A DNA stretch of 64,000 nt, from the NCBI GenBank assembly GCA_040767195.1, contig JAXGPA010000004.1, positions 15,504-79,503 of the forward strand, written 5' to 3'. A program made the position numbers and the translations under genes. This DNA comes from Syntrophales bacterium. GTDB lineage: Bacteria > Desulfobacterota > Syntrophia > Syntrophales > UBA6807. Position 1 is the first letter of the stretch, and each line of letters starts with the position of its first letter. The notes under the pieces are model-generated. The model had not been told where the DNA came from and searched no databases. It saw only the letters and a program-made list of their open reading frames with translations. Shown piece after piece: positions 37,740 to 45,387 of the stretch.

Positions 37740-38063
37740 GTTCGGAAAGCCCGTCTCCATTTATTCGGATGTGTTTTTTTACCACTGCCGGCTTCACCGT
37801 GGCAAGCCTTTTCCTGTCGATTTTCCTGGCAGGCGGTTCTGGGCTACCGCCTCCCGGCTTCCTGTCACGGGAAAGTCGAAGCACCGTCGCAAAAAAAAAG
37901 CGTGACGATGCGTGAAATAATTATTTTTTGGGTTGAAACGGGAACGGCGAGGCGGGGTAAAAAAGATTTCCCGCGACGTCTCTGCGGAGCCTTCCCCCGG
38001 CGGCGACGGTTCGCCGCGTAAAAAGAAGGGCACCGCAGGGACACGGGTTTTCAGGACGCCCCT

Positions 38064-38408
38064 TTACTGGGGAAGGTCATACCTCAAGGTTCCCCATTCC
38101 CACAGATAGGGGTCATAGGGCCGGTCCCACGGGACCGGCTTCCGGACGAACCGGGCACCGCTCCGCTCGGATGAAAAGAAAGGGAGCATGCCGGGAAAAC
38201 CGGCGTCGAGAGTGAACCAGCCCATGATGTCATAGTAGTCCCCGAAAACATCTCCTTCCAGGGCGAGGGGAGAGGTGTCGGTCATCTGATCTTCCTGGAT
38301 CTCGAAAAAATCCTCCAGGATTTCCTTCCATCGGTCCCGCTCCCCGTTTTCAGCCACGGTCAGCCAGGGGCCGGCGGCGGAGGTCCTGTCCATCTCCCTT
38401 ATCTTCAT
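38064..38408 (-). CDS. Hypothetical small cytoplasmic protein (114 aa, acidic, Trp/Pro-rich C-terminus)
   Basis: Strong AAGGAGA SD. No recognisable domain, signal peptide or TM segment. Confidence 0.6.
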   Translation of the reverse strand: MKIREMDRTSAAGPWLTVAENGERDRWKEILEDFFEIQEDQMTDTSPLALEGDVFGDYYDIMGWFTLDAGFPGMLPFFSSERSGARFVRKPVPWDRPYDPYLWEWGTLRYDLPQ

Positions 38409-38548
38409 GGTTTCCTGTCTCCTTTCTCTGCTTCCTTTCCCTCATTCAAAGCAGGGATCATGCCACCGCTGTTAAAAATCAATCTGCTGAATATACTAGT
38501 AAATATTCAGACGGCCCTCCCGGGACGGGCGCTCCCCTGAAAAGAAGG

Positions 38549-38582
38549 GTTCACAGTGCGTAAGGCCATACGCACCGTGAAC
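38549..38582. other. 14-bp-stem hairpin in the divergent intergenic region
   Basis: GTTCACAGTGCGTA (38549-62) pairs with TACGCACCGTGAAC (38569-82) with one mismatch and a 6-nt loop. No U-run follows. Confidence 0.4.
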
Positions 38583-38647
38583 AAATTGCAATCCCCGGCC
38601 AGTTCTGTTAGAGAATAGAAAATTTCACGGCAGGGGGGCTCCCGGCC

Positions 38648-39496
38648 ATGGGCCGTTCAAGACAGGTTTTTTTTAGCTTGACCCTTCCCGCGGTCCTCGT
38701 GGTCCTGGTGACGATCGGCTGCGGCGGGCCCACACCCGGCACCGGAAGCCCCATCCCGGTGAAAAAAGCGCCCCCATCGGCGAAGGAGCTCCTGGAGCGG
38801 GGAAACAGGCTTTACGAAGCGGGCCGGTACGACGAAGCCCGGGCCTGTTACGGCGAGATCATAAAAGCCGCTGGAAATGGCGTCGATTGCGATGTGTACG
38901 CGGCCCGCTTCAACCGCGGACTCGCGTTCCAGGCAGAGGGCCGCTTCCGGGAGGCCGCCGCCGACTTCACGGCGGTCGTCGACGGAAACGAGCGGGACGG
39001 CGCGGCCCTTTTCCGGCGGGGGCAGTGCCACGAAGGAAACAGGGAGTATGAAAAAGCCGTGGCGGACTACTCGAAAGCCCTCTCCATCGATTCCAAGGAC
39101 ACCCGCCTGTACCTCGTCCGGGGCCACGCCTACCGGAAATGGGGAAGGCGCTACGACGCGGCCGTCACCGATTTTCTTTGCGCCGTCAGCCTCGATCCCA
39201 TGAGCGGCGAGGCCTATTACGCCCTGGGGATGACCTATTTCATGAAGGCTGACTACCAGAAGGCCGTGGAAAGCCTTTCCAGGGCCATTCTCATCGATCC
39301 CGAAGACGGAAAGAGCTACAATGGCCGCGGCCAGTCCCTGCTCCAGCAGGGCCGGCGGACGAAAGCCCTGGCGGACTTCCGGAAAGCCTGCGAGCTCCGG
39401 GAGAAAGCGGGCTGCATCATGCTGACCTACCTGAACGGCCAGGGGAAAAAAACGGGAAACCGTGACGGGGGGAAAGCCTTTGACGCCCGCCCGTGA
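38648..39496 (+). CDS. TPR-repeat lipoprotein
   Basis: Lipobox LVTIGC. There are multiple TPR units (YEKAVADYSKALSIDS, YQKAVESLSRAILIDP). Confidence 0.8.
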   Translation: MGRSRQVFFSLTLPAVLVVLVTIGCGGPTPGTGSPIPVKKAPPSAKELLERGNRLYEAGRYDEARACYGEIIKAAGNGVDCDVYAARFNRGLAFQAEGRFREAAADFTAVVDGNERDGAALFRRGQCHEGNREYEKAVADYSKALSIDSKDTRLYLVRGHAYRKWGRRYDAAVTDFLCAVSLDPMSGEAYYALGMTYFMKADYQKAVESLSRAILIDPEDGKSYNGRGQSLLQQGRRTKALADFRKACELREKAGCIMLTYLNGQGKKTGNRDGGKAFDARP

Positions 39497-39509
39497 GAAA
39501 CAGGGAACC

Positions 39510-40175
39510 ATGGAAAACGGCGGCGCCGGGCACCTGGAGGATAAACGGGTGTTTCTCGAACCCACGTATTTCGTCGACAGCGACGACGAGTCGGTGATCG
39601 ACTTTGCCCGGGAGGCCGCATGGCCGGGAAAAACCGCCGCAGACCGGGCGGCGCGCCTCTATTATGCCGTCCGGGACGGCATCCGTTACGACCCCTTTCA
39701 CATCGACCTGGGACGGGAGGGCTTCAAGGCCAGCCGGGTATTGGCAAAAAAATCCGGCTTCTGCGTCCCCAAGGCGGTCCTCCTCGCCGCGGCGGCCCGG
39801 GCCCTCGGCATTCCCAGCCGCCTCCGGTTCGCCGATGTGCGGAACCACCTGACCACGGAGCGCCTGAAAAAGAAAATGGGGACCGATTTGTTCATGTTTC
39901 ACGGGTACACGGAACTTTTCGTCGACCGCCGATGGGTCCGGGCCACCCCCACGTTCAACATCGACCTGTGTGAAAAATTCGGTGTTCCCACCCTGGAATT
40001 CGATGGCACCCACGACGCCGTATTCCACGCCTATGACCGGGAAGGCCGGAAATACATGGAATACGTCGTAGACCGCGGAGCCTTCCACGATCTTCCCTAT
40101 GACCTCATGATGGCCGTCTTCAGGGCCCACTATCCCCTCTTCTTTTCCGGCGGGCCCGATCCCTCGACCTTCTGA
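39510..40175 (+). CDS. Transglutaminase-like superfamily protein (cytoplasmic)
   Basis: Candidate catalytic Cys in KKSGFCVPKA and His in FHGYTELF. Start at ATG 39510; the ORF-track start 39462 is GTG. Confidence 0.75.
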   Translation: MENGGAGHLEDKRVFLEPTYFVDSDDESVIDFAREAAWPGKTAADRAARLYYAVRDGIRYDPFHIDLGREGFKASRVLAKKSGFCVPKAVLLAAAARALGIPSRLRFADVRNHLTTERLKKKMGTDLFMFHGYTELFVDRRWVRATPTFNIDLCEKFGVPTLEFDGTHDAVFHAYDREGRKYMEYVVDRGAFHDLPYDLMMAVFRAHYPLFFSGGPDPSTF

Positions 40176-40193
40176 AAAACAGGAGTTTCGGCC

Positions 40194-41765
40194 ATGACCC
40201 TTTCCAGGATTGCGGCATTCATGACGGACCCGGCGTCCTACCCCCACCGCCCCCCGTCGGTGGAAATGGTGGAAACCCACATTTCCCTCGTCTTCATCGC
40301 CGGCCATCTCGTCTACAAAATCAAAAAACCGGTGGATTTCGGCTTTCTCGACTTCACGACCCTCGAAAAAAGGGCTTTCTTCTGCCGGGAGGAGATCCGG
40401 CTCAACCGGCGCCTCGCCGAGGACATTTACCTGGACGTCGTTCCCATTCACCAGGACGAGACGGGAACCCTGAACTTTCTTGGCAGGGGGGAGGCGGTGG
40501 AATATGCCGTCCTCATGAAACGAATCCCCGAAGACCGCATGCTTGGAACCCTCCTCGAGAACAATATCGCCCGGAAACGGGACATGGAAACCCTGGCCGG
40601 GAGAATCTGCGCGTTTCACGACGGGGCGGCCACGGGCGGGGAAATTGACGAAATCGGCGGGTTTGAGACGATCCGGAAAAACCACGAGGAAAATTTCGAG
40701 CAGACGGAACCCTACGTGGGGACAACGATTTCCCGGCCCGAATTCGAGTTTATCCGCTCGTGGGCCCTCGGTTTTCTCGAAAACCGGGAAGCCCTGTTCC
40801 GCCGGCGGGTGGCGACGCACAAGATCCGGGAGTGCCACGGCGACCTGCACCTCCAGCACATCTGCTTCATCAACGGCATCGTCGTCTTCGACTGCATCGA
40901 GTTCAACAAGCGCTTCCGGTATCTCGACCGGGCCGCCGAGGTCGCCTTCCTGTCCATGGATCTCGACTTCCACGGCTACGGCGATTACGGAGACGCCTTT
41001 GTCCGGGCCTACATCGAAGAATCCGGGGACGAGGAAATAAATACCCTCCTCCCCTTCTACAAGTGCTATTTCGCCTACGTCCGGGGCAAGGTCACCGGCT
41101 TCCGCCTCCAGGAACCGGGCCTGGGCGGGAAGGAAAAGGACCGAGTCACTGCCGAGGCCGGGAAATACTTCCGTCTCGCATACCGCTGCGCCGCCCGGCT
41201 CGACAGGCCGGCGCTCCTCGTCATGAGCGGGTGGATGGGAACGGGTAAATCATTCCTGGCGGCCGCCCTCGCCCCCCTCATCGGGGCCGGGGTCATCCGC
41301 ATGGACGTCCTCCGGAAGGAGCTTTCCCGTATTTCCACCGCGGAACACCGCTACGAGGACTTCGGCGAGGGAATCTACGGCGAGGAGATGAACCGCCGGA
41401 CTTACGAGGCGGCCTTTGAAAAAGCAGGGAAACGGCTGGGAGAGGGAAAGCCGGTCATCCTGGACGGGTCCTTCAGGGACCGGAGGGACCGCGCCGCCGC
41501 CATGGCGGTCGCCCGTTCCCACGGGGCCGACTTCTTCGCGGTCCACTGTGTCTGTCCCGACGACGTCCTCCGTCAAAGGCTCGAAAAAAGGGAACGGAAG
41601 GGCACGGACGTTTCTGACGGCCGGCTGGCCCTTCTCGACGCCCAGAAGAAAGCCTTCCATCCCCTGGAAGACGTTCCCGGGGAAAATCTCATAACCATCG
41701 ACACCTCGGGGAGCCTGGAGGGGATGGTGGCGAAAATCCTTTCCCGGATCCGCCTGGGCCGGTGA
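40194..41765 (+). CDS. Bifunctional aminoglycoside-phosphotransferase-like kinase plus P-loop ATP-binding protein
   Basis: The APH Brenner motif CHGDLHLQHI is in the N-terminal half. Walker A GWMGTGKS is in the C-terminal half. A CAGGAG SD is present. Confidence 0.8.
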   Translation: MTLSRIAAFMTDPASYPHRPPSVEMVETHISLVFIAGHLVYKIKKPVDFGFLDFTTLEKRAFFCREEIRLNRRLAEDIYLDVVPIHQDETGTLNFLGRGEAVEYAVLMKRIPEDRMLGTLLENNIARKRDMETLAGRICAFHDGAATGGEIDEIGGFETIRKNHEENFEQTEPYVGTTISRPEFEFIRSWALGFLENREALFRRRVATHKIRECHGDLHLQHICFINGIVVFDCIEFNKRFRYLDRAAEVAFLSMDLDFHGYGDYGDAFVRAYIEESGDEEINTLLPFYKCYFAYVRGKVTGFRLQEPGLGGKEKDRVTAEAGKYFRLAYRCAARLDRPALLVMSGWMGTGKSFLAAALAPLIGAGVIRMDVLRKELSRISTAEHRYEDFGEGIYGEEMNRRTYEAAFEKAGKRLGEGKPVILDGSFRDRRDRAAAMAVARSHGADFFAVHCVCPDDVLRQRLEKRERKGTDVSDGRLALLDAQKKAFHPLEDVPGENLITIDTSGSLEGMVAKILSRIRLGR

Positions 41766-41781
41766 CCCTTTTCCGGCGCTT

Positions 41782-42561
41782 TTACCCCTCCGCGGCGGCA
41801 CCGCCGGAGGGAGCACCTTCCTCTGTTACGGCCCCCCGGCTCTTTTCCTCTTCCTCCGCCATCCGCCGCCGGGTCTCATCGATGAGGTACCCCACCTTGT
41901 AGTCCATGGAAACGAGAGGATAGTCTACGAGGATTCCCTGAAAACGCTCCAGGGCCGCCCGGTAGTGCCTGGTTCTGAAGTAGAAATACCCCACGTAGAA
42001 CTCGTGATCGGCAAGGCGCTGCTCGCATTCCCGAAGCCTTTTGAGGGCCATGAAGGAGAAAGGGGAATCGGGAAACCGGGAAACCACTTTTTCAAAGGAT
42101 TCCCGGGCCCGCCGGGTTTCCGTCTGGTCCCGGTCCAGGGTGTTCATCTGCCGGAAGTGGCACATGCCCGCCTGGTAGAGGGCGTAAGGGACATTTTCAT
42201 TGGTCGGGTGAAGGTTCACGAAATCCAGGTAGGTCATTTCCGCTTCCATGTAATCGCCGGCACTGTAGTGAGAATCGGCAATCCCCAGTTCCGCCTTCAG
42301 GGCCAGGTCGCTCAGGGGGTACTGTTCCTGGAGACGCTGAAAAGCCTCGATGGCCCTGTCGAAATCCCCGTCGTGGTAGTTCATGTAGCCGCTCTGGTAA
42401 AGCCGTTCCGCCGAGCCTCCTCGAACGGGGGAACCCTTCCACCAGCCGCACCCGGCCGTTACCGAGAGGAAAAAAAGGACCGCGAGGACGCCCATGAAGG
42501 AGCGTTTCACGACAGCGGCAAAACAGTGACCGCAGAAGGGTCGGGTGACGGGCGTTCTCAT
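41782..42561 (-). CDS. bamD: Outer membrane protein assembly factor BamD (TPR-like lipoprotein)
   Basis: Lipobox VTAGC and the BamD/YfiO-like sequence YMNYHDGDFDRAIEAFQRL. The start overlaps the trxA stop (TGATG). Confidence 0.8.
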   Translation of the reverse strand: MRTPVTRPFCGHCFAAVVKRSFMGVLAVLFFLSVTAGCGWWKGSPVRGGSAERLYQSGYMNYHDGDFDRAIEAFQRLQEQYPLSDLALKAELGIADSHYSAGDYMEAEMTYLDFVNLHPTNENVPYALYQAGMCHFRQMNTLDRDQTETRRARESFEKVVSRFPDSPFSFMALKRLRECEQRLADHEFYVGYFYFRTRHYRAALERFQGILVDYPLVSMDYKVGYLIDETRRRMAEEEEKSRGAVTEEGAPSGGAAAEG

Positions 42562-42893
42562 CAGAGGACCTTTTTCAGGAATTCTTCAAGCCGGTTTTTC
42601 GGGACGAGGCCGATAAGCTTCTCCTCCATTTTGCCGCCCTTGAAGAGCATGAGCGTCGGAATGCTCTGGATCCCGTATCTTCCCGTCGTCTCGGGACACT
42701 CGTCCACGTTGACTTTCGCAACCTTTACCCGGTCCCCGTATGTTTCCGCCAGTTCCTCCACCATGGGCCCGATGGCTTTGCAGGGACCGCACCAGGGAGC
42801 CCAGAAATCCACCAGGGCCGGTTTGTCCGATTTCAGAATTTCAGCGTCGAAGGTCTGATCCGAGGCGTGAATGACCTTGTCTTCTTTTCCCAT
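42561..42893 (-). CDS. trxA: Thioredoxin
   Basis: WCGPC active site, 110 aa, AGGAGG SD. Confidence 0.93.
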   Translation of the reverse strand: MGKEDKVIHASDQTFDAEILKSDKPALVDFWAPWCGPCKAIGPMVEELAETYGDRVKVAKVNVDECPETTGRYGIQSIPTLMLFKGGKMEEKLIGLVPKNRLEEFLKKVL

Positions 42894-42921
42894 GACGCGC
42901 AGCCTCCTTTCTTTTACGTCA

Positions 42922-42950
42922 CATTATGCTCACGAAAGGGGGGATGTCAA
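42922..42950 (-). promoter_or_regulatory. Candidate sigma70 promoter for trxA-bamD
   Basis: Minus strand reads TTGACA (42950-45), a 17-nt spacer, then ATAATG (42927-22). Confidence 0.5.
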
Positions 42951-42966
42951 ACAAAAATGATCCCTT

Positions 42967-42995
42967 TTGACAGGTCTTCGGGGATCTGTTATAAA
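42967..42995 (+). promoter_or_regulatory. Candidate sigma70 promoter for mtnP-pduO, giving a ~190-nt leader
   Basis: TTGACA (42967-72), a 17-nt spacer, then TATAAA (42990-95). Confidence 0.55.
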
Positions 42996-43189
42996 CCGGG
43001 CACACCGTGTAAAATTTCCCCGGGCGTCCTGTTGTGGCGTTGCCGCGAAAAGATACGGGGGCCGGGCGGCCCGGTCCCTGGAAAAGGGGCGGACGGGCCG
43101 GCGTGCCGTCATGACCGGGGGTGGCGGGCGGCGCGGCAGGGGAACCCGGCGCAGACGTCAGAAGGACGGGCGGAAAAAAAGGAGGAACT

Positions 43190-43903
43190 GTGGCGCGCCT
43201 CGGCATTCTATCGGGAACCATCCTTCTCCAGAAGACGTCCTTCTTCGGCGGCCTGAAAAAAACGAATGTGGCGACGGACTTCGGCGAGGTCTCCCTTTTT
43301 CTCTCTCCCCGCGCCGCCTTCATACCCCGGCACGGAACGGACCCGAAACACCACATCCTGCCCCACCGGATCAACCACCAGGCCAATCTCCTCGCCCTTC
43401 GGCAGTCGGGCGTCCGGGAGGTCATCGCCGTCAACTCCACGGGATCGCTGAAGCGGTATCTTCCGCCGGGCACCCTCGTCGTACCCGACGACTTCCTCGA
43501 TCTCACGGGGGGGCCGACGATCTTCGAGGACAGGCCCGTCCACGTCACCCCGGTCATCTCGCAGAGGGTCCGCAAAAACTGGATCGACGCGGCCCGACGG
43601 TGCGCCTTCGACGTGGTCAACGGGGGCGTTTACTGGCAGACCCGGGGTCCCCGGCTCGAAACCCGGGCGGAAATCACCATGATGTCCCAATTCGCCGACG
43701 TGGTGGGCATGACCATGGCCAGCGAGGCCGTCATCGCCCGGGAACTCGGCCTCGACTACGGCTCCCTGTGCTCCGTGGACAATTACGCCCACGGCATCGG
43801 CGAGCGGGAGCTCACCATGGAGGAAATCCTGGAACACGCTCGGATGAACGAAGGCAAGATCGTCAAGATCCTGGAAACATACATGGAAGGGAGAAGCCCA
43901 TGA
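43190..43903 (+). CDS. mtnP: MTAP-family purine nucleoside phosphorylase (5'-methylthioadenosine phosphorylase)
   Basis: FIPRHGTDPKHHILPHRINHQANLLAL is typical of MTAP. Start at GTG 43190 after a GGAGG SD. Confidence 0.85.
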   Translation: MARLGILSGTILLQKTSFFGGLKKTNVATDFGEVSLFLSPRAAFIPRHGTDPKHHILPHRINHQANLLALRQSGVREVIAVNSTGSLKRYLPPGTLVVPDDFLDLTGGPTIFEDRPVHVTPVISQRVRKNWIDAARRCAFDVVNGGVYWQTRGPRLETRAEITMMSQFADVVGMTMASEAVIARELGLDYGSLCSVDNYAHGIGERELTMEEILEHARMNEGKIVKILETYMEGRSP

Positions 43904-44421
43904 AATTCTCAAAAAAAGGGGACCAGGGAGAAACGAGCCTTCTCGGCGGTCAGCGGATCCCGAAATACGACCTGAGGCCCGAAACCTACGGGACTCTCGA
44001 CGAGGCCAGTTCCGTTCTCGGCGTCGCCCGGGCGATGACAGACCGTGAGGAGATCGGCGCCATTCTCCTGTCGGTTCAGAAAGATCTCCTGGTCCTGGGG
44101 GCGGAGCTCTCGGCTCTTCCCGACGTTTACGGGAAGCTCACCCGGACCATTACCGACGAAGACATCGCCCGCCTGGAAAAATGGATCGACGAGCTTCAGG
44201 AAGACGTTCCCCTGAAAAACGAATTCATCTACCCCGGCGGGACCGTTGTCTCGTCCCAGATCGACGTGGGCCGGACGGTTGTCCGGCGGGCCGAAAGGTG
44301 GGCCGCCCGGATGAAGAGCGAGGGCATGATCCCCAACGAGCGGATCAACCGGTACCTGAACCGCCTGGCGGATATGCTTTTCACCCTCGCCCGGTACGAA
44401 GAGGGGAAGGCCGGCCGGTAA
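43900..44421 (+). CDS. pduO: PduO-type ATP:cob(I)alamin adenosyltransferase
   Basis: MKFSKKGDQGETSLLGG and DLLVLGAELS are typical. ATGA overlap with the mtnP stop. Confidence 0.85.
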   Translation: MKFSKKGDQGETSLLGGQRIPKYDLRPETYGTLDEASSVLGVARAMTDREEIGAILLSVQKDLLVLGAELSALPDVYGKLTRTITDEDIARLEKWIDELQEDVPLKNEFIYPGGTVVSSQIDVGRTVVRRAERWAARMKSEGMIPNERINRYLNRLADMLFTLARYEEGKAGR

Positions 44422-44424
44422 CCC

Positions 44425-44862
44425 TTACCGGAAAGCCCCGAGCTGGCAGCGGGACAGCCTGATTCCCAGAGTCTCGCAGGCCGAGGCCACGGCCATCCGC
44501 GAAACACGGAGCCGCCTGGCGATCTCCCAGGCGGAAGCGCAGGGAAGCCTCCCGTCGACGAGGGAAGCCTCGACGGCCTCCGTCATCCTCGGGGAAACCT
44601 CGGCGGCCGGTTCCACGAGCCTCTTTCCCGTTTCGTAGCCGAACAGGCCTAGCTGGCACTTCTCGAGGGAAATCTCCTCAAAATCGATGGCCGCCCCGAC
44701 CTGGTCAGGGGACATCCCCGTCTTCGCCGCTACCCGAAAGGCGCCGGCGCACGAAATTCTGTTTTCCCGGGCGATCTTCCTCACTTCCACGATGAGGGCC
44801 GGCGGAAGGCTCTTCTCCGGGGGGTGCTTTTTCCTGTAGTGCCCCTTGTCTTCGCGGGTCAT
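44425..44862 (-). CDS. Hypothetical protein built from two homologous ~45-aa modules, each ending in CQLG[LA]F
   Basis: The two modules are ISCAGAFRVAAKTGMSPDQVGAAIDFEEISLEKCQLGLF and LPCASAWEIARRLRVSRMAVASACETLGIRLSRCQLGAF. A GAGGAGAG SD is present. Confidence 0.6.
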   Translation of the reverse strand: MTREDKGHYRKKHPPEKSLPPALIVEVRKIARENRISCAGAFRVAAKTGMSPDQVGAAIDFEEISLEKCQLGLFGYETGKRLVEPAAEVSPRMTEAVEASLVDGRLPCASAWEIARRLRVSRMAVASACETLGIRLSRCQLGAFR

Positions 44863-44872
44863 GGCTCTCCTC

Positions 44873-45328
44873 TCAATACTTCATGTAGTGGAAGGGCTCA
44901 ACCGCCGACAGGGCCTCGGCGCTCAGCGTTTCGAACCCCCCCTTTTTGAGGACGTCCTGGGTTTTTTCCATCTGGTCCACGTCGACGACGAAAACGGCCC
45001 GTTTCCAGCTCTCCAGGACGAACCCGTAAGCATTTTCCACGTTGATCCCCTCCCTCGCCAGAAGCTGGATCAGCTTGTCGAGGCCCCCGGGTCGGTCATC
45101 GATGAGAACGGCCACGACCTCCTTGAGGCTCACCGTCAGGCCTTCCTTCTCAAGGGCCCGAAGGGCGCCCCGGGGATCATCCACGAGGAGGTTCACCACC
45201 CCGAAAGCATCGGACGTGGCGATGGTGATGGCCCGGATGTTGATCTTCTCCCGGGCCAGGATTCCCGTGACCTTGGCGATTCGCCCCGGCTTGTTTTCGG
45301 CGAAGACGGACAGCTGATAGGCGATCAT
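44873..45328 (-). CDS. ACT domain-containing protein (two ACT modules)
   Basis: YQLSVFAENKPGRIAKVTGILAREKINI is typical of ACT domains. It lies downstream of paaK. Confidence 0.8.
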   Translation of the reverse strand: MIAYQLSVFAENKPGRIAKVTGILAREKINIRAITIATSDAFGVVNLLVDDPRGALRALEKEGLTVSLKEVVAVLIDDRPGGLDKLIQLLAREGINVENAYGFVLESWKRAVFVVDVDQMEKTQDVLKKGGFETLSAEALSAVEPFHYMKY

Positions 45329-45387
45329 CTTCTTAAGACCTCCTTCCCCGGCTTGTTCTTGGAACGGCTCGTTTCAAGGCTGCCCCC

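Noticed and set aside
37827-37840. A sigma54-like TGGCAG-N4-TTCT sequence in the dnaJ upstream region.
   Set aside because: The spacing is one base short, the -12 GC is absent, and it faces the plus strand where there is no downstream gene.
43120-43165. A cobalamin-riboswitch-like word (GGGGAACCCGGCGCAG) in the mtnP-pduO leader.
   Set aside because: No B12 box (AGCCAGGAGACCUGCC-like) and no GGUGnnAAnUCC element are visible, so the similarity is too short to be meaningful. It is kept only as a search suggestion.
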